DNA from: Pseudomonas monsensis
Lineage (GTDB): Bacteria > Pseudomonadota > Gammaproteobacteria > Pseudomonadales > Pseudomonadaceae
Length of the DNA: 40,000 nucleotides
Assembly: GCF_014268495.2 (NCBI RefSeq)
Contig: NZ_CP077087.1
Coordinates: forward strand, 3,338,709 to 3,378,708
Direction of reading: 5' to 3'
Shown: piece after piece, positions 9,087-17,946 of the stretch
Numbering within the stretch: position 1 is the first letter of the stretch
How the letters are laid out: every line of letters begins with the position of its first letter
Position numbers and translations under genes: made by a program
The notes under the pieces: model-generated
What the model was told of the DNA's origin: nothing
The model's input: only the letters and a program-made list of their open reading frames with translations
The model's database searches: none

Positions 9087-9110
9087 AGAGTCCGTGGCCC
9101 CACGGACTCT
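9087..9110 (+). terminator. Stem-loop after the MDR gene (possible terminator, no U-tract)
   Basis: AGAGTCCGTGG / CCACGGACTCT are perfect inverted arms, followed by tctgcg, which is not T-rich. Confidence 0.4.
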
Positions 9111-9265
9111 TCTGCGTGAACTTCCCCCTGAAAAGAACAGATATCTCCGGTAGCGTATCGGGGACGGATCGGCATCTGAACCGGTTTTTGTCCGCCATCT
9201 GTATCTTCTAATCCCGATATAAGCCCTGATAATTGAATGATTACTTTCATCTCAAGGAATGAGTC

Positions 9266-9460
9266 ATGTCTGTGCATTCAATTTGTCCTGTGCAACATCA
9301 ATCAGCAAGTGATTGTGCTTGCGCCGATTTCTGTTTAAGTGCTGTAGGCCTATTCGGAAACTGCTTCGTATTTTCTTGTACTCATTTTCCGTGGGACCTT
9401 GTGGGAAGTTTCCTAGGAATGTTTGACTCTGATAAAAACCCTTTAAATACAGGTAGTTAA
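9266..9460 (+). CDS. Candidate Cys-rich small ORF (64 aa) in the AT-rich gap; coding status uncertain
   Basis: The ATG is preceded by AAGGAA at 8-nt spacing. There are 6 Cys in the first 38 residues. Codon third positions are A/T-rich, atypical for this genome, and a TTG-initiated ORF overlaps on the opposite strand. Confidence 0.2.
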   Translation: MSVHSICPVQHQSASDCACADFCLSAVGLFGNCFVFSCTHFPWDLVGSFLGMFDSDKNPLNTGS

Positions 9461-9625
9461 TGAATGTCAAAAGTTTGCATTGGGCATTTCGCTGTTCAAG
9501 TGTTTCAAATAACTACGAATTTGTAAGTGTTAGCATCTGAACGTCTATTACTTATTGATGAATTGTCGCGAGACTGATGTTTCAGTCGTTGCGACAGGAA
9601 TCTTTTTGATACCGGGTAAATACCG

Positions 9626-11092
9626 ATGAGCACGATCCATGATCAGGCAATGAATTATGTCTACCAGCAAGTATTGCAACGTTTGCTGAGCTTTTTCTCC
9701 CGCGCAGAGCGCACAGCATTGCAACTGCTGATTCAGCGCCTGGTGGTGGCCGCCGGCGGCATGGATAACATCGGTCATTTCAAGGTGCTGGTGAACCAGT
9801 CCGGTTCCCGTGATTGCTGCTACACACTGGCGCTTCTGCGGGCGGCGCAGTTGAGTATCGCCGGCCGAGCGCCCGCGACCTTCCAGTTGCGGGTCGCGAC
9901 TTTGCGCTGGAATGGCTTCGGCCCCACGGCCTTGCAAAACATGCACCGCAGCTACGGCGCGCTGTTCCTCTACGACGATCCCAGGGTTGAACTGTTGATG
10001 GTGGATCACCGCGAGGTCCTGCCGTTCGATCATCAGGCATCGGTCAGCGACGGTGGACGTGAAGCCCACCGTCTCAACCTGCTGCTGATCGGCCATCGTC
10101 GAAGTTTCAGTGAAGAACTCGAAATGTGGGATGACGCCTACCTGGCCACTGCCGAGTACTACGGTCAGATCGCCCGCTGGAACAACGGCGTCGACGCGAT
10201 GATCGGTGGGGAATCGCCACGCCGACAGCAATACTTCCTCGATGGATTGAGTCGTGCGGTGCAAAAGGCCGCGATCGCCGGGCCTTTGGTGAATACCGCC
10301 GGATTCGAGACGCTGTTTCCGTTGCTCGACGGGTTGGGCGGCGATTATTACCGGGAGTTCTACACCGAAGAGGAGCGAGCGGCCTGGCGTCCTGAAGGTC
10401 AGTTCGAAGCCTGTCGACGTACCAGTTTCGTCAATATCAACGACATGTTCGTCAGCAAGCTCGAAGAGCGTTGGCCGTTGCTCAGTGAGTTTCTGGGCTA
10501 CCAGGCTGATGACCTGGCGCTGTATCACGGGGACGACGAATACGCCGAGCCAGTGGTGGCGGCTCATTTGCGCGGTCTGCAGGCGCAATTCATTGAGGCG
10601 CGAACCTATGAAGCCGGAATCAGCGAGCACCTGCAGAACAGGCTGATGGAGATGCGTCGCAAGCAGGTCCCCGAACCGGTCTGCGAGCAATGGCTCTCGA
10701 TGTTCGACAGTTTGCAGGAGTCCGAACATCTGCGCATGCAGGCGCAAGCGTGGCTGTCGACGAATTTCGATCTGAATCAGATCCAGCTGACGTGCCTGAT
10801 GTTTGCGCCTTTCATTGATAGCGGGGCCGGACTCGAGCGGTTCTTGCGCCATTGCCATCCCGGCATGCTGGTGGCGTTGCCGGATTTGCATCGGGCCATG
10901 CAGGGCCTGCATGCGCCAGAGCAGGTGCTGAAGTGGATGACCGATGTCAGCGGCTTGCCGGTCAGGCTGATCATCCGGCTCTACGCCATGGGGGCGATCA
11001 GTCTGCCAGCGCCCAGTGAGGCGGCAAGCCGCGAAGAGGGTACGGGCGTGAACGACGCTGTGACAATTGTCGATCGGAAAGCGGAAGGCTGA
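9626..11092 (+). CDS. Hypothetical protein (488 aa) with a degenerate PP-loop-like motif
   Basis: Protein-like composition, in contrast to the Q/R/H/L-rich antisense ORF 9548-10912. The segment FKVLVNQSGSRDCCYTLALL resembles, but does not match, the SGGxDS PP-loop of N-type ATP pyrophosphatases. There is no clear SD. Confidence 0.7.
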   Translation: MSTIHDQAMNYVYQQVLQRLLSFFSRAERTALQLLIQRLVVAAGGMDNIGHFKVLVNQSGSRDCCYTLALLRAAQLSIAGRAPATFQLRVATLRWNGFGPTALQNMHRSYGALFLYDDPRVELLMVDHREVLPFDHQASVSDGGREAHRLNLLLIGHRRSFSEELEMWDDAYLATAEYYGQIARWNNGVDAMIGGESPRRQQYFLDGLSRAVQKAAIAGPLVNTAGFETLFPLLDGLGGDYYREFYTEEERAAWRPEGQFEACRRTSFVNINDMFVSKLEERWPLLSEFLGYQADDLALYHGDDEYAEPVVAAHLRGLQAQFIEARTYEAGISEHLQNRLMEMRRKQVPEPVCEQWLSMFDSLQESEHLRMQAQAWLSTNFDLNQIQLTCLMFAPFIDSGAGLERFLRHCHPGMLVALPDLHRAMQGLHAPEQVLKWMTDVSGLPVRLIIRLYAMGAISLPAPSEAASREEGTGVNDAVTIVDRKAEG

Positions 11093-11141
11093 ACGTGAGC
11101 CATTTGTCAGGTTATCAATCGTTGCCCTCGGATACGGGGTC

Positions 11142-12539
11142 GTGAAAACGACGGGAAAAGATCACTTCGTTTACCAGGCGGTGTATCGCTACCTGACATT
11201 GCTGATCAGCGAAGCGGGCAGGAGTGCGACGTTGCGCTTGCCTTCCTTGCGGCAACTGGCGGACCGCCTGAATGTTTCGATCTCCACCGTTCAGTACGCC
11301 TATTCGCTGCTGGAGAAGGAGGGGCGAGTCTATTCGATCGCCAAGTCCGGGTATTACGCACAGGCGTCGATCACACCTGAGTCACCGGGCAGCGGCAGCG
11401 ATTTGCTCGAGACCGTCTACGTCAACGCCCGGCGTCCGGGGATGTGCGTGTTGAGTGCCGACGATCCGGCATCGTTGCAGCCACTGGACAGCCCACTGCT
11501 GATGCTGGAGCGGGAGCTGTTGCGACAGTATCCGCGCCAGCCGCAATGGCAGGTTCAACCCTGTGGCGAACTGGAGCTGCGTACCGTCCTGGCCGCACGC
11601 TACACCTCGTCAACGGTGCATTGCTGGCAGGCGGATGACGTCTATATCGGCGCTGATTTGCGCGGCGTACTGGAAATTCTGATCGTGGTGCTCGGGTTGC
11701 GACGAACCACCGTGGTGATTGAGTCGCCGTGCGACTGGGTGATCCTGCGCCTGCTGGAAGCTGCTGAAGTTCACGTTATCGAGCTGCCGATGCTGGCCGA
11801 AGGCGTGATTGACCTGCAACAACTGGAGTCGTTGCTCAACAGCGAACCGGTGCGCCTGGTGATTTTGTCGTCGGTGTTGAGCATGCCCCGGGGCAGCCTG
11901 ATGCCGGACGTTCATCGACAGGCCATTGCCCGCTTGCTGGGCGAACACGGCAGCTGGGTTCTGGAAAACGACTGCTATAGCGAACTCGATGACAGCGGCG
12001 ATACCCCTCGCTTGCGTGATTATCTGGATCCCGATCGCCTGCTGGTGTTTTCCTCGTTCGAGAAGTTCATCGGCGCGGAGGCGCCATACGGGTTTGTCCT
12101 GTCACGACACTGGCGTAGCGAGCTACAGCGCCATTTCCTGTTGCGTGCGTTCCGCCTGTCGCCGATCCGCCAGAAGGCGATTGCCCGGCTCTTGAGTGGA
12201 GGGCGACTGGATCAGCATTTGACCGTACTGCGGCGACTGCTCAAGGAACGTCGAACCCACTTGATCCAGATATTGCGCGAGCGCAGCGATGTGTTGCAGA
12301 TCGTCGAGCCGCAAGGCGGGGCGACGGTGTGGGTCCGCTCGCTAAGGCCGGTCGACATGGGGGATGTGTTTCAACGGCTGCTCAAGCAGCAGATCATCAT
12401 CGCCCCGGGCGAGCTGTTCAGCCTGCGGGGCTTGCATGCGCACCATCTGCGTCTGAGCCCGCTGAGCCATGGCGACCCCGACCTGACCAGTGTCGTCGGA
12501 CTTTTGAGCGACGCCTTGCGACTGGCGCCCGGCGAATAA
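11142..12539 (+). CDS. MocR-type regulator (GntR HTH fused to a class-I aminotransferase-like domain)
   Basis: HTH LPSLRQLADRLNVSISTVQYAYSLLEKEGRVYSIAKSGYYA followed by about 350 aa of aminotransferase-like sequence containing SFEKF. The ORF opens at TTG 11067, overlapping the upstream gene. GTG 11142 gives a typical N-terminus. The start is uncertain. Confidence 0.8.
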   Translation: MKTTGKDHFVYQAVYRYLTLLISEAGRSATLRLPSLRQLADRLNVSISTVQYAYSLLEKEGRVYSIAKSGYYAQASITPESPGSGSDLLETVYVNARRPGMCVLSADDPASLQPLDSPLLMLERELLRQYPRQPQWQVQPCGELELRTVLAARYTSSTVHCWQADDVYIGADLRGVLEILIVVLGLRRTTVVIESPCDWVILRLLEAAEVHVIELPMLAEGVIDLQQLESLLNSEPVRLVILSSVLSMPRGSLMPDVHRQAIARLLGEHGSWVLENDCYSELDDSGDTPRLRDYLDPDRLLVFSSFEKFIGAEAPYGFVLSRHWRSELQRHFLLRAFRLSPIRQKAIARLLSGGRLDQHLTVLRRLLKERRTHLIQILRERSDVLQIVEPQGGATVWVRSLRPVDMGDVFQRLLKQQIIIAPGELFSLRGLHAHHLRLSPLSHGDPDLTSVVGLLSDALRLAPGE

Positions 12540-12644
12540 CGTTAAAAAACATCGGGAGCGTTCCGGATACATCTGATCGCACTGCGGTCAAACTGCCAGT
12601 AAACTGCGCTGTATTCCTGAACCACTCTATTTCAGAGGTTTTGC

Positions 12645-14291
12645 ATGACTCTCAGTCCTTTTGCGGGCAAACCGGCACCGGCAGAATTGTTGGTCGACAT
12701 CCCGCGACTGGTAACGGCTTATTACACCGGCCAACCGGACGCTTCGATTTCCACGCAGCGTGTGGCGTTCGGTACATCCGGACACCGGGGCAGCTCCTTT
12801 GATTTGAGTTTCAACGAATGGCACGTTCTGGCCATCAGCCAGGCAATCTGCCTGTACCGTGAAGCGCAAGGGATCACTGGCCCGCTGTTTGTCGGTATCG
12901 ACACTCACGCACTGTCGACCCCGGCCGGCGCGAGCGCGCTGGAAGTCCTGGCAGCCAACGGCGTGACGGTCATGATCGCCGAGGGCGATGAGTACACGCC
13001 GACGCCTGCCATTTCCCACGCCATTCTCTGCTACAACCGCGGGCGCACGTCGGGCCTGGCTGACGGTGTGGTTATTACGCCTTCGCATAACCCGCCACAA
13101 AGCGGTGGTTACAAATACAACCCGACCAATGGTGGCCCGGCCGATACCCATATCACCAAGTGGATCGAGGCCAAGGCCAACGAGTTGCTGGCCAACAAAC
13201 TCGTTGGTGTGAAGCGCATCAGCTACGAGCAAGCGCTCAAGGCTGCCACAACTCACCGTCACGACTACGTGAACACCTACGTGGCCGACCTGATCAACGT
13301 GATCGACTTCGATGCCATTCGTGACGCCAAGCTACGTCTGGGCGTTGATCCGCTGGGCGGCGCCGGAGTGCGCTACTGGTCGGCCATCGCCGAGCATTAC
13401 CGTCTGGATCTCGAGGTGGTCAACAAGGAAGTCGATGCGACGTTCCGTTTCATGACCGTCGACTGGGACGGCCAGATTCGTATGGACCCGTCGTCCAGCC
13501 ATGCCATGCAGGGCTTGATCGGCCTCAAGGAGCGTTTCGACGTCGCCTTCGCCTGCGATCCGGATCACGATCGTCACGGCATCGTCACGCCGTCCGGTGG
13601 CTTGCTCGCTCCGAACAACTATCTGGCGGTGTCCATCGACTATCTATTCCAGAACCGTCCGCAGTGGCGCGCTGATGCCGCCGTGGGTAAAACCGTGGTC
13701 AGCAGCGGTTTGATTGATCGCGTGGCCAAGCGTCTGGGTCGTCGTTTGTACGAAGTGCCGGTCGGGTTCAAATGGTTTGCCGACGGTCTGTTCGACGGTT
13801 CTCTGGGGTTTGGCGGGGAGGAGAGCGCCGGTGCGTCGTTCCTGCGCAAGGACGGTGGCGTGTGGAGTACCGACAAGGACGGTCTGATTCCAGCGCTGCT
13901 GGCCGCTGAAATGACCGCCCGAACCGGTCGCGACCCGAGCCAGGCCTATCGCGCATTGACCGATGAGCTGGGCGAGCCGTTCGCGGTACGTGTCGATGCC
14001 AAGGCCAATCCGGAGCAGAAAGCGCTGCTGAGCAAGCTGTCGCCAGCGCAAGTGACTTCGACCAAACTGGCCGGCGAAAAGATCCAGAGCATCCTCAGTC
14101 ATGCACCGGGCAACGACCAGGCCATTGGCGGTCTGAAGGTAATGACTGAAAACGGCTGGTTCGCGGCGCGTCCTTCGGGCACCGAAGACATCTACAAGAT
14201 CTACGCCGAAAGCTTCATCAGCGACGACCACCTCAAGCAACTGGTGGCTGAAGCGCAGACCTTGGTGGATGGCGCCATTTCCGCCAAGTAA
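12645..14291 (+). CDS. pgm: Phosphoglucomutase, alpha-D-glucose-phosphate specific
   Basis: 548 aa. It has a TSGHRG segment, the active-site loop [15 protein letters not shown], the metal loop CDPDHDRHG and the sugar loop GGEESAG. Confidence 0.95.
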   Translation: MTLSPFAGKPAPAELLVDIPRLVTAYYTGQPDASISTQRVAFGTSGHRGSSFDLSFNEWHVLAISQAICLYREAQGITGPLFVGIDTHALSTPAGASALEVLAANGVTVMIAEGDEYTPTPAISHAILCYNRGRTSGLADGVVITPSHNPPQSGGYKYNPTNGGPADTHITKWIEAKANELLANKLVGVKRISYEQALKAATTHRHDYVNTYVADLINVIDFDAIRDAKLRLGVDPLGGAGVRYWSAIAEHYRLDLEVVNKEVDATFRFMTVDWDGQIRMDPSSSHAMQGLIGLKERFDVAFACDPDHDRHGIVTPSGGLLAPNNYLAVSIDYLFQNRPQWRADAAVGKTVVSSGLIDRVAKRLGRRLYEVPVGFKWFADGLFDGSLGFGGEESAGASFLRKDGGVWSTDKDGLIPALLAAEMTARTGRDPSQAYRALTDELGEPFAVRVDAKANPEQKALLSKLSPAQVTSTKLAGEKIQSILSHAPGNDQAIGGLKVMTENGWFAARPSGTEDIYKIYAESFISDDHLKQLVAEAQTLVDGAISAK

Positions 14292-14340
14292 TGCCACGCG
14301 TATGCGATGTGAGGGCTTATCTGCTTTTGGAGGGGGCTAT

Positions 14341-14385
14341 CTGTGGCGAGGGGATTTATCCCCGTTGGACTGCGCAGCAGTCCCC
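14341..14385. repeat. REP element, CTGTGGCGAGGGGATTTATCCCCG family
   Basis: Near-identical copies occur at 34616-34660 and, inverted and partial, at 34707-34725. It contains an internal GGGGAT-TT-ATCCCC hairpin. Confidence 0.7.
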
Positions 14386-14463
14386 TTCAATGGAAAAGCA
14401 GGGCCGTTTCGCGACCCAGTGGGGATAATCTCTCGCCATAAGAACCGTGTTGGCGGTAGATAG

Positions 14464-14499
14464 AAAAAAGGGGCGACCGTCATGGTCGCCCGTTTTTTT
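14464..14499. terminator. Bidirectional rho-independent terminator shared by pgm (+) and pirin (-)
   Basis: An A6 run, then the stem GGGGCGACC / GGTCGCCC(G), then a T7 run. Confidence 0.8.
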
Positions 14500-14508
14500 G
14501 CCTGCCAT

Positions 14509-15204
14509 TTACGCCAGATCCACCAGCACGATTTCACTGTCTTCAATCGCGGTCACGGTCAGCACCCGTTCATGCGCCACGGCCACGCCGTCCCGCGCCT
14601 GAGCGCGCAAACCGTTGACCTCAATCACGCCGGTCGCCGGCACCAGATACGCCCGGCGCCCTTCATCGAGGCGATATTCCGCCGTTTCCCCGGCCTTGAT
14701 GTTGGCGGCCACCAGGCGCGCATCGGCGCGGATCCGCAAGCTCTGGTCGTCGCCAGCCTTGCCGCTGGCCAGGGTTACAAAGCCTTCGCGTTGACCTTTG
14801 GGGAACGGTTTCGCGCCCCACGACGGTGGTGCACCGGTTTCGGTCGGCAGAATCCAGATCTGAAAGATCTTGGTGTCTTTCGCTTCCAGGTTGTACTCGC
14901 TGTGCGCGATACCGGTGCCGGCGCTCATGACTTGCACGTCGCCCGCTTCTGTACGGCCCTTGTTGCCGAGGTTGTCCTGGTGGGTGATCGCGCCTTCACG
15001 CACATAGGTAATGATTTCCATGTCGCGATGCGGGTGTTGCGGGAAACCGGTGCCCGCGGCAATCACGTCGTCGTTCCATACGCGCAGGTTGCCCCAGCTC
15101 ATGCGCTGAGGGTCATAGTATTCGGCGAACGAGAAGTGATGATGGGCATCCAGCCAGCCGTGATGGGCGCCGCCCAGCGAGCTGAAGGGTCTGAGTTCAA
15201 GCAT
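14509..15204 (-). CDS. Pirin-family protein (YhhW / quercetinase-like, short form)
   Basis: 231 aa. HHGWLDAHHHFSFAEYYDP...FPQHPHRDMEIITYV is the classic pirin N-terminal cupin signature. Confidence 0.9.
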   Translation of the reverse strand: MLELRPFSSLGGAHHGWLDAHHHFSFAEYYDPQRMSWGNLRVWNDDVIAAGTGFPQHPHRDMEIITYVREGAITHQDNLGNKGRTEAGDVQVMSAGTGIAHSEYNLEAKDTKIFQIWILPTETGAPPSWGAKPFPKGQREGFVTLASGKAGDDQSLRIRADARLVAANIKAGETAEYRLDEGRRAYLVPATGVIEVNGLRAQARDGVAVAHERVLTVTAIEDSEIVLVDLA

Positions 15205-15466
15205 GATCGTCTCCTTTGAAGGTTCGCCACGGGCGTGCGGACTGCACCCAGTGGTATATGACGGCGATCATCTATCAGGAAAGCATCGATAAAAAGCGTA
15301 AAAAGTGCGGCATGAGCATCGAATAAATTGATGGGAACAGCTGAAAAATCGTCGCATCGTACCTTCAGTTCATCCGCTAAGCCGATGACCTGTAAGCATT
15401 TCGCTAGAACTCGGCGGCGAATACAGACACCATAGCCGCAACAGCCTCACCCCGGAGTCCGTCAGC

Positions 15467-17941
15467 GTGGCGCAACACACACCCGATCTTCCCCCTGAAC
15501 TTCGTCCTTTGGCCGAGATGCCCTGGTTCAAGCGTCTGGCCGCGCGTTTCTTTGGTCATGGCTTGACCCGCCTGCGCGCGCAACACCGAGCGTCGTGGTT
15601 GCACGGCCAGGCTGATGGTTTCCGCAGCGGTCATACCGCCGGTGTCGAATACGGCTTCAAAGAGGGCAAGCTCGAAGGGTTGGAAGAAGGGCGGCAGGTG
15701 CTGCTGATCCGTGACAGTCGCAGCACTGAACATCGTCCGCCGAATGTCGACAACCATTTATTCGATGACTGGCGCCTGCCGCTCACCGCCGAGCTGAAGA
15801 AGCGTATGAAGGCTGATGTTGCGCGGTTACTGCCCGAGTCCGCGCAACCGAGCGCAGCACAGTGGAAGATGATTTTCAGCGATACACCGTCGACATCCGT
15901 TGTCGCGGGCGCCGGCGCCGGCAAATCCACCACGCTGGTGCTGCGCATTCTGTTGCTCACGCATTATCTGGGCTTTGAGCTCGACTCGATGACCGTGGTG
16001 ACCTTCACCCGTGAGTCGCGCAAGGATTTCATCAACAAACTGCTCGAACTGTTCGCCCTTTGGGGCCAGCCGCTGAACCTGAAGCAGGCGCGGGAGCTGG
16101 TGCGCACCTTCCATTCGCGCATTCTGCCGATGGTGCGCAGCTTGCCGGGTTTCGAGCGCTTGCAGGCGTTCGAGAACCTCAGTCACCGGGTTCAGGGCGC
16201 TGAAGACGAGGTGGACAGCAATCCGTTCGACCTGCGGATCAACGACGCCCAGCGCCAGCAACTCAATGCCTGCTATCACCGCTTGTTCAACGAAGACGAG
16301 CGTTTTCGGCAACTGATCCAGCCGCTGTCCCGGGCGGGCTTGCAGCTCAAGGAGCTGGAGCGCGATCACCCGGATGTGCAAAAGCGCATGGCGGTGACCG
16401 AGCTTGCGTCCCGACGCGATGAAGAGCTGTGCGATGTCGTCGAGGATCTGTGGTTTCGTGCGGGTGCCTGGCCGATCAAGGGCATTGAGCCCAATCGCCA
16501 GACGTTCGACATCAACGGCTCGACATTCCACTGCCATGGCTACATTCCGAGTCTGGACGCCTGGGTCGTGCTCGGCTTCGATCCAAGGGAAAACCCGCAA
16601 GTCTGCCGGCCCAACGCCAAGCTGACGGTACGTGCGGAATGGGCGGTCAAGCGCACCCTGTTTCAAGCTTTCTGTCGTAAGCCATTGATCTGGCTGGACA
16701 GTTACGAATCATCAAAGCGCGTTCTGGCCACGTTGGCGGGCGACGCGACGGCCGGTCCCGGCTTCGATTACAAGGTCAAGGGCGAGTTGGCATCGGCGCC
16801 GTTGCTCGACTGTTTTGTCGCCGCCGCCGGTTTCATCGAAAACCTGGGTCTGGACGTGCCGGACGCGGTGGGCCGCATGAGTTTCGCCAAGGATGACCCG
16901 GACCGGTTCTTCTTCGAGGCGCTGAGTCTGTTCTGGCGCGCTTTCGAAGATCACTTGCTCGATCAGAAACCGCCGGTGATGACCTACAACCGAATGTTTG
17001 CGCTGTTCAGTGAGCACTCGCCGGAAAATCTGAAACTGCTCGGTGACGAATTGCTCCGGCCGATGGCACACCTGATGATCGATGAATTCCAGGACGTGTC
17101 GCCGCAAATCGTCTCCTGGATTCGCGCCAGTCTCACGGAGATCCGCAGCCGGGGCCCGGCCATGCATGTCGGGCGAGGCGCGCAACGCTCATCGTTGCTG
17201 TGTGTCGGGGATGACTGGCAGTCGATTTACGGCTGGCGCGGCAGTTCGCCGAGTTACTTCATGGAATTCAACAAGGAATTCCCGTCACCGAGTACCACGC
17301 GGGTGATGCTGAGCGACAACTACCGCAGTCACCAACACATCATTGATGCGGCTGAACACATCGTCCGCGCAGCGCCGGCGATTCCCGGCAAGAAAGCCAG
17401 GGCCAGTGGCGAGCCCAAGCCGGTGCAACCGGTCAATGTGCTGGAACGTGATGATCAGGGATTGGCGCAACGGCTTGCCGAACACTATCGCCAAGGTCAT
17501 TCGATCTTGATGCTTTATCGAAAAAGCAGCGATAAGTCATTGATTGAAGAGCATATTCAGTCGGTAGTTAATGTGGATTCGAGATTGCCCTACGAAGCCC
17601 GACGCCTGAAGCAGCTGACGTATCACAGTGCCAAAGGCTTGCAGGCCGATGCAGTGTTTTTGCTCGGCGATTGCCAGCACCTGACCAGTTCGCCTTACAA
17701 GAATCAGGTGTATCGCATGGCCGGATTGGGCAAAAGCGGCGACAGTGAACCCTACGACACGGCGCAAAAGGACGAGATCCTGCGCCTGGCTTACGTCGGC
17801 ATCACCCGCGCGGTCAGCCATTGTTACTGGTACGTCGAACCGCAGGACGCGCAGGCGGTGAACATGCCCCGAGCATCCGACCGGGTCGCCAAGGGCAAAC
17901 CGTTCTTTGTCGACCATCGCCCCGACAAACAAAGTGCCTGA
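15467..17941 (+). CDS. UvrD/Rep superfamily-1 helicase, HelD (helicase IV)-like architecture
   Basis: 824 aa. Walker A AGAGAGKST lies about 150 aa from the N-terminus. Other motifs are IDEFQDVSPQ, VGDDWQSIYGWRG, YHSAKGLQADAVFL and VGITRA. The start is GTG with a GGAG 11 nt upstream. Confidence 0.85.
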   Translation: MAQHTPDLPPELRPLAEMPWFKRLAARFFGHGLTRLRAQHRASWLHGQADGFRSGHTAGVEYGFKEGKLEGLEEGRQVLLIRDSRSTEHRPPNVDNHLFDDWRLPLTAELKKRMKADVARLLPESAQPSAAQWKMIFSDTPSTSVVAGAGAGKSTTLVLRILLLTHYLGFELDSMTVVTFTRESRKDFINKLLELFALWGQPLNLKQARELVRTFHSRILPMVRSLPGFERLQAFENLSHRVQGAEDEVDSNPFDLRINDAQRQQLNACYHRLFNEDERFRQLIQPLSRAGLQLKELERDHPDVQKRMAVTELASRRDEELCDVVEDLWFRAGAWPIKGIEPNRQTFDINGSTFHCHGYIPSLDAWVVLGFDPRENPQVCRPNAKLTVRAEWAVKRTLFQAFCRKPLIWLDSYESSKRVLATLAGDATAGPGFDYKVKGELASAPLLDCFVAAAGFIENLGLDVPDAVGRMSFAKDDPDRFFFEALSLFWRAFEDHLLDQKPPVMTYNRMFALFSEHSPENLKLLGDELLRPMAHLMIDEFQDVSPQIVSWIRASLTEIRSRGPAMHVGRGAQRSSLLCVGDDWQSIYGWRGSSPSYFMEFNKEFPSPSTTRVMLSDNYRSHQHIIDAAEHIVRAAPAIPGKKARASGEPKPVQPVNVLERDDQGLAQRLAEHYRQGHSILMLYRKSSDKSLIEEHIQSVVNVDSRLPYEARRLKQLTYHSAKGLQADAVFLLGDCQHLTSSPYKNQVYRMAGLGKSGDSEPYDTAQKDEILRLAYVGITRAVSHCYWYVEPQDAQAVNMPRASDRVAKGKPFFVDHRPDKQSA

Positions 17942-17946
17942 ATCGA

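Noticed and set aside
9264-9470. A 68-aa minus-strand ORF overlapping the Cys-rich mini-ORF.
   Set aside because: It starts with TTG and has no SD-like sequence upstream. Its Lys/Asn-rich product simply reflects AT-rich DNA. I kept only the plus-strand ORF, and that one at low confidence.
9121-9625. The possibility that the AT-rich gap encodes an RsmX/Y/Z-type sRNA, because of several (A)GGA motifs.
   Set aside because: I count about 8 GGA in about 500 nt, roughly what chance predicts. They are not arranged in repeated hairpin loops, no strong terminator defines a short transcript, and there is no resemblance to Rsm sRNA sequences I remember.
9548-10912. A 454-aa minus-strand ORF overlapping the 488-aa plus-strand gene.
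   Set aside because: Its composition (Q/R/H/L-rich, many runs) is typical of an antisense shadow. The plus-strand frame has balanced, protein-like composition and continues into the co-directional MocR gene.
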